From Nostoc sp. DedSLP01 (GTDB lineage: Bacteria; Cyanobacteriota; Cyanobacteriia; Cyanobacteriales; Nostocaceae), in the NCBI GenBank assembly GCA_034530875.2, contig JAVRCJ020000011.1:1-64000 (forward strand): a stretch of DNA of 64,000 nt, written 5' to 3'. Of this stretch, positions 50,671 to 60,060 are shown in pieces. The notes below the pieces were generated by a model. That model did not search any database. It had not been told where the DNA came from and saw only the letters and a program-made list of their open reading frames with translations. The number at the start of each line of letters is the position of its first letter. Position 1 is the stretch's first letter. Position numbers and translations under genes: made by a program.

Positions 50671-51705
50671 ATGCCCAATAATCCAGAATCCTACCGTGCC
50701 TTAGCGCTGCAAGTTACCTGTCATGCAGTCAACCAAGCAAGCGATCGCCAGGAAGCGCGATCGCTGATGCTAAACTCGATCCATCGCCTAGCGCCACAAA
50801 TTGCAGCTAGTATTGCTTTCATTGGCTTTGATTGTCGTTTAATTGTGCTGCCGGAATATTTTCTTACAGGTTTTCCAATGGGAGATACTCTCGCAGGATG
50901 GGCAGAAAAAGCTTGTATAGAAATGGCTGGTGCTGAGTATGAAGCACTGGGAAAAATTGCTCAAAAGCATAAAATCTTTTTGGCTGGTAACGCCTACGAA
51001 GTCGATCCCAACTTTCCCGGATTATACTTTCAAACCTGCTTTATAATTGACCCTTCTGGCTCGATTATCTTACGCTATCGGCGGTTAAATTCTTTATTTG
51101 CTCCTACTCCCCATGACGTTTGGGATAAATATCTCGATTGCTATGGTTTAGAAGGAGTCTTCCCCGTAGCCAAAACTGAGATTGGTAATTTAGCAGCTAT
51201 AGCATCAGAAGAAATTTTGTATCCCGAAGTAGCGCGGTGTCTAGCCATGCGAGGAGCAGAGATTTTTGTGCATTCCACTTCCGAAGTGTATAACAAAAAC
51301 CTTACACCTAAAGATGCTGCCAAAATTACTCGCGCTGTAGAAAATATGGCATATATCGTATCAGCTAATACCGCAGGCATCGCTAATATTGCTATCCCCA
51401 TTGCTTCCGCTGATGGTGGTTCAAAAATCATCGATTATCGCGGAATAGTCATAGCTGAAACAGGCGCAGGCGAAAGTATGGCAGCATTCGCTGAGATTGA
51501 TTTAGCAGCATTACGTCGCGATCGCCGCAGACCAGGGTTAAATAATTTACTCTCACGCCAACGATTTGAACTCTACGCCGAAAGTTATCGGATGTCACAC
51601 TTTTACCCCGCTAATACTATGCTGGAAAAAGAAGTAGACCGCAAACACTTCTTACAAACCCAGCAAGCCACCATTGAACGGTTAGCACAACTAGGAATAA
51701 TTTGA
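50671..51705 (+). CDS. Nitrilase-superfamily carbon-nitrogen hydrolase with non-canonical triad
   Basis: VLPEY, FQTCFIIDPSG, YRR, YPEVARCLAMRGAE, RAVEN..SAN, GGSKIID; ATG 50671 because the upstream extension is STRR-derived. Confidence 0.88.
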   Translation: MPNNPESYRALALQVTCHAVNQASDRQEARSLMLNSIHRLAPQIAASIAFIGFDCRLIVLPEYFLTGFPMGDTLAGWAEKACIEMAGAEYEALGKIAQKHKIFLAGNAYEVDPNFPGLYFQTCFIIDPSGSIILRYRRLNSLFAPTPHDVWDKYLDCYGLEGVFPVAKTEIGNLAAIASEEILYPEVARCLAMRGAEIFVHSTSEVYNKNLTPKDAAKITRAVENMAYIVSANTAGIANIAIPIASADGGSKIIDYRGIVIAETGAGESMAAFAEIDLAALRRDRRRPGLNNLLSRQRFELYAESYRMSHFYPANTMLEKEVDRKHFLQTQQATIERLAQLGII

Positions 51706-51818
51706 ATTGGGTATTGGGCATTGGGCATTGGGCATGGGGCATTGGCAGTCATAACTTAACTAATGACTAATGACTAATAACTAATGACAAATGACTAATG
51801 ACAAATGACTAATAACAA

Positions 51819-53246
51819 ATGACTAATACAAAACCAATAGAAGTCCGTAACCCTCGAACTGGCAAATATGACTATGTAATTATACCGCCGCCTCCCAGGT
51901 TGCTGGTACAGCAATGTAGGCGTATGCGTCGGGCGCAGGTTCATTGGCAAAAAATAGGTATAGAGGGGAGAATCGAAGCTTTACAACAGTGGAAGGAAGC
52001 GATACTATCTACACGCGATCGCTTAACGGAAGCTTTGGTAAATGATACCGGCAGATTATCAACTTCAGTATTAGAAATCGATTCTTTTCTTTCTAGCATC
52101 GACCGTTGGTGTAGGTTAGCGCCAGAATTGCTGCAAGAATCTGCAAAAAACACAGCAATTCCCTTCATTGCTTTGCAACAAGCATCAGTACCTTATCCTC
52201 TAGTAGGTGTCATTAGCCCGTGGAACTTTCCACTGTTACTGTCTACCATTGATACCATTCCCGCATTGTTAGCGGGTTGTGCTGCGATTGTCAAACCGAG
52301 CGAAATTGCTCCCCGCTTCGTAGCACCGTTAGTTACAGCACTCAACGCCGTACCCAAATTGCGCGATGTCTTAACTTTTGTTGAAGGAGCAGGGGAAACC
52401 GGAGCTAATTTAATTGAAAATGTAGATTTGATATGCTTTACAGGTAGCGTTGCCACAGGAAGAAAAGTAGCGCAAGCCGCTGCTAAACAATTTATTCCAG
52501 CTTTTTTGGAATTAGGTGGAAAAGATCCGGCGATCGTTTTAGAATCAGCCAACTTAGACTTAGCAACCTCAGCTATATTATGGGGTTCCGTCGTCAATAC
52601 CGGACAGTCATGCTTATCAATTGAGCGAATTTACGTTGCCGAATCTATATTTGAAAAATTTTACCATCTACTAATAGCCAAAGCTTCTCGCCTTGAATTA
52701 GCTTATCCCACCCTTGAAAGTGGAGAAATTGGCCCCATCATTGCCGAAAGACAAGCAGCACTTATTAGCGACCATCTCTTAGACGCACTGGAAAAAGGAG
52801 CAGTAATTCATTGCGGCGGCGTCATTGAAGACTTAGGCGGAGGTTGGTGGTGTCGTCCCACAGTGCTTACTCAGGTCAATCATTCCATGAAAGTCATGAC
52901 CGAAGAAACTTTCGGTCCTCTGATGCCAATTGTGCCTTTTAGTACAGTTGAGGAAGCAGTATCTTTAGCAAACGACTCCATTTATGGACTTAGTGCGGCG
53001 GTATTTGCTGAGTCAGAAGCAGAAGCCTTAGAAGTTGCCCAGCATATAGAAGCAGGTGCTATCAGTATCAACGATGCCGGACTCACCGCCATCATGCACG
53101 AAGGAGAGAAAAACGCTTTCAAATTCTCTGGACTGGGAGGTTCGCGTATGGGTGCAGCAGCAATAAAGCGGTTCACGCGGAAAAAAGCTTTTTTGATTAA
53201 AACCAATCCGATTAATGACCCTTGGTGGTTTGGGAATGGGGAGTGA
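51819..53246 (+). CDS. NAD(P)-dependent aldehyde dehydrogenase
   Basis: ISPWNFP, KPSE, FTGS, LELGGKDP, GQSC, EETFGP. Confidence 0.95.
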   Translation: MTNTKPIEVRNPRTGKYDYVIIPPPPRLLVQQCRRMRRAQVHWQKIGIEGRIEALQQWKEAILSTRDRLTEALVNDTGRLSTSVLEIDSFLSSIDRWCRLAPELLQESAKNTAIPFIALQQASVPYPLVGVISPWNFPLLLSTIDTIPALLAGCAAIVKPSEIAPRFVAPLVTALNAVPKLRDVLTFVEGAGETGANLIENVDLICFTGSVATGRKVAQAAAKQFIPAFLELGGKDPAIVLESANLDLATSAILWGSVVNTGQSCLSIERIYVAESIFEKFYHLLIAKASRLELAYPTLESGEIGPIIAERQAALISDHLLDALEKGAVIHCGGVIEDLGGGWWCRPTVLTQVNHSMKVMTEETFGPLMPIVPFSTVEEAVSLANDSIYGLSAAVFAESEAEALEVAQHIEAGAISINDAGLTAIMHEGEKNAFKFSGLGGSRMGAAAIKRFTRKKAFLIKTNPINDPWWFGNGE

Positions 53247-53326
53247 TACCAATTCAAAATTCAAAATTCAAAATTCACATAATTGCCATTATTGTGACAT
53301 TTTGCACAAGTATAAATCGTATCAAA

Positions 53327-53923
53327 CTAGTTAACGACATCAAAAATTTGTTCGGCTGTTATTTGTAGTTGAATACCTAAGCGTTCCAGTTCTGGAGATT
53401 CGATCTGCGTGTTTCCGGTAAACCTGCCAACTTCGCGATAACTGCCTTCTGACAATTGTAGAATAGCGATCGCCAACTCCTGTGGGTCAATCAGCCAGTA
53501 TTCAACAATACCGCGTGCTGCGTATTGTTTCCGCTTCCGCACATAGTCTCTGTCCCGATTAATCTCACCTGGAGACACCACTTCCATCACCAAATGTGGT
53601 GGAAGAACATCAAAAGTAATAGTCAACCGCTTCCGGGTTAGCTCTAAGTGTTCTTCCCGAAGCAGCACCAAATCCGGGTAGCGATTTGCAGGATCGCCAG
53701 CCTCAAGGACTGGTACTTGAAGTTCGCAAGCATGAGGCTGTACCCGTCGAAAAGGCATTCCCGCATTAACTAATAGCAAGAACAGGTAATTTGCAAGGGA
53801 CGTATTTGGTTCTGACTCTGGCGGCAATTCTACTAAGCTCCCATCAACAAGTTCATAACGCTTTTCCGTCCCATCATCTATTTCTAGGTATTGCTCAAAC
53901 GTCAATCGTTGGGCTGTAGTCAT
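53327..53923 (-). CDS. Uma2 family endonuclease-fold protein
   Basis: YELVDG, RYPDL, VMEVVSPG, RDY..K..QYAARGIVEYWLIDP. Confidence 0.92.
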   Translation of the reverse strand: MTTAQRLTFEQYLEIDDGTEKRYELVDGSLVELPPESEPNTSLANYLFLLLVNAGMPFRRVQPHACELQVPVLEAGDPANRYPDLVLLREEHLELTRKRLTITFDVLPPHLVMEVVSPGEINRDRDYVRKRKQYAARGIVEYWLIDPQELAIAILQLSEGSYREVGRFTGNTQIESPELERLGIQLQITAEQIFDVVN

Positions 53924-54023
53924 AATACTTCTGCCTGACTTTTATGATTTTGGCATTTATTGTTTGGAAATGGGGAATAGGGCATTGGGCATGGGGAATA
54001 TAATTTTTTGCTGAGATTGCTCT

Positions 54024-54111
54024 GCAATTGAGTTGCATCGACTTGCAATTGAGTTGCATCGACTTGCAATTGAGTTGCATCGACTCGCAATTGAGTTGCA
54101 TTGACTCGCAA
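54024..54111. repeat. 21-bp tandem repeat, four units plus a partial
   Basis: GCAATTGAGTTGCAT(C/T)GACT(T/C) x4, no spacers. Confidence 0.95.
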
Positions 54112-54222
54112 AAATTAACTTATCTTATTTCCTAATCCCCATTCCCCAGTCCCCAGTCCCCAATCCCCAATAATATGCGAACATAATTAAGTTGTAGCCG
54201 ATCGCCTGCACTGAGGTTTAAA

Positions 54223-55503
54223 GTGGATACCATTGAAATCCCTGCTCTGAATCGCCCAATAGACGCCACGGTAGAGATTCCTGGTTCTAAAAGTATTACT
54301 AATCGGGCATTACTTGTCGCAGCCTTGGCGCAAGGTGACTCGATTTTAGAAAATGCTTTATTTAGTGAAGACAGCAATTATTTTGCCAAATGTTTAGAGC
54401 AATTAGGCATCCCTATAACCCTAAATTCTGACCAAGCTCAAATTCAAATAGCAGGAAAGGGAGGCGAAATTCCCGCCAAGCAGGCAGATTTATTTGTGGG
54501 TTTAGCAGGTACAGCAGCAAGGTTTATTTCGGCGCTGGTAGCACTGGGTAATGGCGAATATCGCCTAGATGGCGTTCCCAGAATGCGAGAACGACCGATG
54601 GGCGACTTGCTAAAGGTGCTGCAAAGTAGCGGAGTAACCGTTAACTTCCAGGGAAATCCTGATTTTATGCCCTACACCATCTACGGTGGGCAGTTTTCTG
54701 GGGGACATTTTCGTTTAAAAGCTAACCAAACAAGTCAGCAACTTTCGGCATTATTAATGATTGCCCCTTACGCTCAACAAGACACAATTATTGAAGTTGA
54801 GGGGACGTTGGTTTCTCAATCTTACGTAAAAATGACTTGTAAATTGATGGCAGATTTTGGCGTAGAAGTCAATCAAATTGCCGAAAATCAATTCCAAATT
54901 CAAGCAGGTCAGCCTTACCAGCCTCGACATTACACAATAGAACCAGATGCGTCGAATGCTTCTTACTTTTTTGCCGCCGCCGCCGTCACTGGTGGACGAG
55001 TGCGGGTTAAACATTTGACCAAACAATCTTGTCAAGGCGATATTCTTTGGCTCAACGTTTTAGAACAGATGGGTTGCCAGGTACGTGAAAGTGATGATTA
55101 CACGGAAGTTACAGGGCCAGAGCAGTTGCAGGGTATCGATATTGACATGAATGATATCTCAGATTTGGTGCAAACTTTAGGAGCGATCGCTCCCTTTGCC
55201 ACCTCACCTGTTACCATTCGCAATGTCGAACATATTCGCTACAAAGAAACCGACCGCATTCACGCCGTAGTTACTGAATTGCGCCGCTTGGGAGTTCAAG
55301 TTGAGGAATTTCCCGATAGACTAAAGATTGAACCCGGCCCCATTACCCCAGCAGCAATTGAAACCTATCACGATCATCGCATGGCAATGGCATTTGCTGT
55401 TACGGGCTTAAAAGTTCCAGGGATTGTGATTAAAGATCCAGGTTGTACGGCAAAAACTTTTCCAGATTACTTTACCCGATTTTTCAAAATGTTAGAACAA
55501 TAA
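54223..55503 (+). CDS. aroA: EPSP synthase
   Basis: PGSKSITNRAL, AGTAARF, RMRERP, SQQLSALL, KETDRI, DHRMAM, KTFP. Confidence 0.97.
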   Translation: MDTIEIPALNRPIDATVEIPGSKSITNRALLVAALAQGDSILENALFSEDSNYFAKCLEQLGIPITLNSDQAQIQIAGKGGEIPAKQADLFVGLAGTAARFISALVALGNGEYRLDGVPRMRERPMGDLLKVLQSSGVTVNFQGNPDFMPYTIYGGQFSGGHFRLKANQTSQQLSALLMIAPYAQQDTIIEVEGTLVSQSYVKMTCKLMADFGVEVNQIAENQFQIQAGQPYQPRHYTIEPDASNASYFFAAAAVTGGRVRVKHLTKQSCQGDILWLNVLEQMGCQVRESDDYTEVTGPEQLQGIDIDMNDISDLVQTLGAIAPFATSPVTIRNVEHIRYKETDRIHAVVTELRRLGVQVEEFPDRLKIEPGPITPAAIETYHDHRMAMAFAVTGLKVPGIVIKDPGCTAKTFPDYFTRFFKMLEQ

Positions 55504-55516
55504 AAGGTGAATAGCC

Positions 55517-55963
55517 ATGTCTAATATCAAAGAAGAAATGCCCGTGCTTGCCCGTCATGAAGGAGATTGGGTAGGCACTTATACATTAGTTGATACAACC
55601 GGAAAAATCATTGACAGCTACGAATCTCACTTAACTTGTCAATTTCCAGAAAACGGCCCTCATCCTTACTACCAAATCAACCGCTACAAATGGGCTGACG
55701 GGAAAAAAGAAGAATACGAATTTCCCGGAATTTATAAAGATAATAAACTTTGGTTTGACACTGAGCGCATTGATGGCAAAGCCTGGGAAGCTGACGAGTC
55801 AATTGTGATTTTGTGGTTTGCTTATAAAACAAACCCAGACATGAGCTTATATGAAATGATTTATATTAGTCCTGATAATAACAACCGTGCCCGTACTTGG
55901 CATTGGTTTAAAAACGGTCAAATATTTCAACGCACCCTCATTCAAGAACAACGGCTAAAATAA
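55517..55963 (+). CDS. DUF3598-like calycin/beta-barrel protein
   Basis: HEGDWVGTY N-terminal GxW strand, YYQINRY, RARTW..G..QRTLIQEQR; 13 bp after aroA. Confidence 0.7.
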   Translation: MSNIKEEMPVLARHEGDWVGTYTLVDTTGKIIDSYESHLTCQFPENGPHPYYQINRYKWADGKKEEYEFPGIYKDNKLWFDTERIDGKAWEADESIVILWFAYKTNPDMSLYEMIYISPDNNNRARTWHWFKNGQIFQRTLIQEQRLK

Positions 55964-55989
55964 AGCGATCGAGTAGAATTAAAAATTTA

Positions 55990-56069
55990 GTAGGGTGCGT
56001 TATGGACGTAAGTCCTAACGCACCGAAAATCTCGAATGGTGCGTTAGCCTACGGCATAACACACCCTAC
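55990..56069. repeat. GTAG-type REP-like doublet (related unit near 4599-4634)
   Basis: GTAGGGTGCGTTA..TAACGCACC..GGTGCGTTA..TAACACACCCTAC. Confidence 0.7.
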
Positions 56070-56099
56070 TAAAAACTAAAATCTAAAAGTGTATCAAGT

Positions 56100-57488
56100 A
56101 TGGCAAAATGTGACAAAATAAACTTTTCTACTCCTAGCGGTTTCCCAGAATTTCTGCCTAGCGAAAAGCGCCTAGAATTATATTTATTAGATACCATCCG
56201 TAGAGTTTTTGAAAGCTATGGATTTACCCCCATTGAAACCCCAGCAGTAGAACGTTTAGAAGTCCTACAAGCTAAAGGAAACCAAGGCGACAATATTATT
56301 TATGGAATTGACCCCATTTTGCCACCAAATCGCCAAGCCGAAAAAGATAAATCTGGCGAAACTGGTTCGGAAGCAAGGGCATTAAAGTTTGACCAAACAG
56401 TGCCATTAGCAGCTTACATTGCCCGTCACCTTAATGAGTTAACTTTTCCATTTGCCCGCTACCAAATGGATGTAGTCTTTCGCGGAGAACGGGCAAAAGA
56501 TGGACGTTTTCGCCAGTTTCGCCAATGCGATATTGATGTAGTTGCGCGTCGCGAACTGAGCTTACTTTATGATGCTCAAATGCCTGCAATTATTAGTGAA
56601 ATATTTGAAGCAATTAATATCGGTGATTTTCTCATCCGCATCAATAACCGCAAAGTTCTGACAGGTTTCTTTAAATCAGTAGGAATTGCTGAAAACCAAA
56701 TTAAATCTTGCATCAGTGTTGTTGATACCCTAGAAAAAGTTGGACAAAATAAAGTTAAACAAGATTTAGAAAAAGAGGGAATTTCCGCAGAACAAGCTGA
56801 AAAAATAATTGAATTTATTAAAATAGATGGCTCAGTTGATGAAGTATTAGATAAACTCAAACACCTGGCAAACAATCTTCCAGAAACCGAACAATTAAGC
56901 TTGGGCGTTACCGAACTAGAAACGATAATTACAGGCGTGCGTAATCTTGGCGTTGCCGAAAATCGTTTCTGTATTGATTTATCTATTGCTCGTGGACTTG
57001 ATTACTATACTGGTACAGTTTACGAAACAACTTTATTAGGACATGAAGCCTTAGGTAGTATTTGTTCTGGCGGCAGATATGAAGAATTAGTCGGAGTATT
57101 TTTAGGCGAAAAAATGCCTGGTGTTGGCATTTCTATTGGCTTAACTCGCTTAATTAGTAGATTGTTGAAAGCAGGTATTTTGACTACCTTAGCTGCTACC
57201 CCCGCACAAGTGATGGTGGTGAATATGCAAGATGATTTAATGCCGACTTATTTAAAAGTTTCTCAACAACTGCGTCAAGCGGGAATTAATGTTGTCACTA
57301 ACTTTGATAAACGTCCTTTAGGGAAACAATTTCAGTTAGCAGACAAACAAGGAATTCAATTTTGCGTCATTATTGGTTCTGAGGAAGCAGCAGCAAATAA
57401 ATCTTCTCTTAAAGATTTGAAAACAGGCGAACAAGTAGAAGTTTTATTGGAAAATTTGGCAGAGGAGGTTAAACGCAGACTGGCTTAA
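56100..57488 (+). CDS. hisS: Histidyl-tRNA synthetase
   Basis: FDQTVPLA, FRGER..GRFRQFRQCDID, ARGLDYYTG, GGRY. Confidence 0.97.
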   Translation: MAKCDKINFSTPSGFPEFLPSEKRLELYLLDTIRRVFESYGFTPIETPAVERLEVLQAKGNQGDNIIYGIDPILPPNRQAEKDKSGETGSEARALKFDQTVPLAAYIARHLNELTFPFARYQMDVVFRGERAKDGRFRQFRQCDIDVVARRELSLLYDAQMPAIISEIFEAINIGDFLIRINNRKVLTGFFKSVGIAENQIKSCISVVDTLEKVGQNKVKQDLEKEGISAEQAEKIIEFIKIDGSVDEVLDKLKHLANNLPETEQLSLGVTELETIITGVRNLGVAENRFCIDLSIARGLDYYTGTVYETTLLGHEALGSICSGGRYEELVGVFLGEKMPGVGISIGLTRLISRLLKAGILTTLAATPAQVMVVNMQDDLMPTYLKVSQQLRQAGINVVTNFDKRPLGKQFQLADKQGIQFCVIIGSEEAAANKSSLKDLKTGEQVEVLLENLAEEVKRRLA

Positions 57489-57537
57489 AACTGTGGTTAA
57501 AGCAAGAGACGCGATAAATCGCGTCTTTACTCCTATA

Positions 57538-58437
57538 TTAATAAGTCGATTTAGCTAAAGTATAAAAATCAAATTTTTTCAACATATCTAAAAATGTAAA
57601 AACCGCAGGTACTTGCAAGCCATTAGATAAAATTGCTGTTGCAATTACTCTTTCAAGAGGCGCAGGTAAACTGTATACCTGCACCTTTGGCGGAATGGGT
57701 ACGGCTGCTAAAAGAGGCATGATAGCAGCCCTGAGTCCTTGATTTACCATACTCACAACTGTGGAATCTTCTTGAATGTCGGTAGAAGTAGTTATGGGAA
57801 TTGCTAAATTCTTGAGGTGGTTGTGAAGGATGCGTCCACAGGGCGTACAAGGAAGCATAACTGGTGGATAGGCTGCTAAGTCTTCCCAAGTAATTGCTTT
57901 GCTGTGAATTTTGGCTTGTGGTGGTAGTAAAGCTAGATATTCATCGCGAAAAATTTCCCAAGTCTCAAACTCATCGCTAGTTGGTAGACAGGTAATACCA
58001 ATATCAGCACGTCCGTCACGCAAACATTGTTCGACATCGGTGAAAGCACTACACTCTATAATGGTGACAGCAACTTCTGGGAATCGATCGTGAAACTGAG
58101 CGATCGCTTTTGGTAATAAATGAGTAGCCACACTGCGAAAAGCCGCAATTCTCACATGACCGCCATGTAAACCTTTGTGTAGATTTGCTTCGTGTTGCAT
58201 CATTTGTAGATGCTGCATTGCCTGACGCGCGTGATATAGTATACGCTCACCAGCAGGTGTTAATACTGCACCGTGACGACCTCTAGCAAATAAAGGTACA
58301 CCTAATTCTTCTTCTAAAGTGGCGATCGCATGACTGATTGCAGGCTGAGAAAGCTGCAATTCTGAGGCTGCTTCACTAAAGTTACCACTTTCTGCTACTG
58401 CAACTATGGCTCGAAGTTGGGAGAGTTTCATGGTCAA
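57538..58437 (-). CDS. LysR-family transcriptional regulator
   Basis: GNFSEAASELQLSQPAISHAIATLEEELG..LTPAG. Confidence 0.95.
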   Translation of the reverse strand: MTMKLSQLRAIVAVAESGNFSEAASELQLSQPAISHAIATLEEELGVPLFARGRHGAVLTPAGERILYHARQAMQHLQMMQHEANLHKGLHGGHVRIAAFRSVATHLLPKAIAQFHDRFPEVAVTIIECSAFTDVEQCLRDGRADIGITCLPTSDEFETWEIFRDEYLALLPPQAKIHSKAITWEDLAAYPPVMLPCTPCGRILHNHLKNLAIPITTSTDIQEDSTVVSMVNQGLRAAIMPLLAAVPIPPKVQVYSLPAPLERVIATAILSNGLQVPAVFTFLDMLKKFDFYTLAKSTY

Positions 58438-58608
58438 TTAATAAGAACAAGGTTATACGCATCCTCACTTAATTGTGGCAAAAAGCTTGTATTAATGATT
58501 TCTCGTATCTATAAATCATATTTATAGAAGCTATGCAAGCCATGATTTGATTCCTCACTGCGACGTTGTTACTGTTTTATTTATAGAGCAACTGCCAGGA
58601 ATCATCTT

Positions 58609-58893
58609 ATGAATAATCAGATTAAATGTCTAGAACCGGAAAAAATAGACATAACTTCTAGCTCGTCATTCCATAAAAAATTTAACTTTAATTTTAGGGA
58701 ATCTCTGCATAATATTTGGGAAAAATTTGTCCAGCAACTTCTAGCAGATCCTAACGAATTACAAGTTACGCAAAAAGTTGACCGCTACGGTAATATTTAT
58801 TGGCAAGCTTACGACCCTGTAACTGGCAAATCTTTTGCTTCTGGTTCAGAATCTGACGTATCTATGTGGATTGAACAGCTTTACAGATACTAA
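58609..58893 (+). CDS. Small cyanobacterial hypothetical protein divergent from LysR
   Basis: DRYGNIYWQAYDPVTG..SE..V..WIEQ.Y motif. Confidence 0.7.
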   Translation: MNNQIKCLEPEKIDITSSSSFHKKFNFNFRESLHNIWEKFVQQLLADPNELQVTQKVDRYGNIYWQAYDPVTGKSFASGSESDVSMWIEQLYRY

Positions 58894-58897
58894 AAAC

Positions 58898-59566
58898 ATG
58901 GCACAATTAACTTTGGTAATTGGTAATAAAAATTATTCATCTTGGTCGCTGCGTCCTTGGCTAGCGATGAAACAATTTGGCTTAGAATTTGATGAAATTA
59001 GAATTCCGCTTTACGGTTCGGATTCTGCATCAAAAACTCGCCAATACTCGCCATCAGGAAAAGTACCTGTACTCTTACACGATACGCTAACTATCTGGGA
59101 TTCTCTTGCTATTTGTGAATATCTAGCTGAAACATTTCCGACTCTGCAATGGTGGCCGGAAGATAAAGCAGCAAGAGCTTATGCTCGTTCTATTACTGCC
59201 GAAATGCACTCAGGTTTTCAAAATTTGCGTCAAAATATGCCGATGAACTGCCGGACTAAATACCCTGGCAAAGGTTTAGCATCTGGCGTACAACAAGATA
59301 TTGACCGCATTACAAACATCTGGAAAGAATCGCGCCAAAAATTTGGCTCTGCTGGCAATTTCTTATTTGGCGATTTTACAATTGCTGATGCTTTTTTTGC
59401 TCCAGTTGTTTTGCGCTTCGTAGCTTATGAAGTGCAATTAGATACTGTTTCTCAAGATTATGTAGAAGCAATTTTGACACTAAATACAATTCAAGAATGG
59501 ATAAATGCAGCAAAGAATGAAACAGAAATTCTTCCTCAATTTGAATATTCAGAAAATAGCAGGTAA
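58898..59566 (+). CDS. Glutathione S-transferase
   Basis: IGNKNYSSWSLRPW, SPSGKVP, WDSLAICEY, AEMHSGF; ATG 58898. Confidence 0.93.
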   Translation: MAQLTLVIGNKNYSSWSLRPWLAMKQFGLEFDEIRIPLYGSDSASKTRQYSPSGKVPVLLHDTLTIWDSLAICEYLAETFPTLQWWPEDKAARAYARSITAEMHSGFQNLRQNMPMNCRTKYPGKGLASGVQQDIDRITNIWKESRQKFGSAGNFLFGDFTIADAFFAPVVLRFVAYEVQLDTVSQDYVEAILTLNTIQEWINAAKNETEILPQFEYSENSR

Positions 59567-60017
59567 AAATATTTTAATTCGATATGCAACTCAGGAAGAT
59601 ATTCCCACGATTATGGAATTGATTTATTTAAAAGCCGAATTTGATGGTTGTCCTGAATCTGTAGAAGCAACTCCTCAAAAGCTAGAAGTTGATTTATTTG
59701 GAGAAAATCCCCTTGCTTTTGTACTTTTGGCTGAGGTTGAAGGCGAAGCAATTGGGTTGGCAACTTATCATTTTATTTATTCAACTTTTTTAGCCAAACC
59801 TGGAATTTGGCTTGATGATTTATATGTGAAAGCCGAACATCGAAATCACAAAATTGGTGAGGCGCTGATACTACGCTTGCGTCAGATAGCCCAAGAAAAA
59901 GGTTGTGGCAGAATTGATTGGACTGTAGCGTTATCGAACGATCGCGGAATTAAATTTTATGAAAGAATAGGTGCAAAAATTAGGAATAAAGTAAGATTGT
60001 GTCGCTTGGATTGTTAA
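59505..60017 (+). CDS. GNAT acetyltransferase (SSAT-like)
   Basis: IRYAT, YSTFLAKPGIWLDDLYV, RIDW.V..N..GIKFYERIGA; true start uncertain. Confidence 0.88.
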   Translation: MQQRMKQKFFLNLNIQKIAGKNILIRYATQEDIPTIMELIYLKAEFDGCPESVEATPQKLEVDLFGENPLAFVLLAEVEGEAIGLATYHFIYSTFLAKPGIWLDDLYVKAEHRNHKIGEALILRLRQIAQEKGCGRIDWTVALSNDRGIKFYERIGAKIRNKVRLCRLDC

Positions 60018-60060
60018 CAGATTTACACCTCAAAACCTAAATACAATCAGAATTTCTTAA

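Noticed and set aside
54024..54111. Possible CRISPR array; also ORFs 53895-54101 and 53920-54111
   Set aside because: Units are contiguous with no spacers and no cas genes are present; the ORFs are just translations of the repeat.
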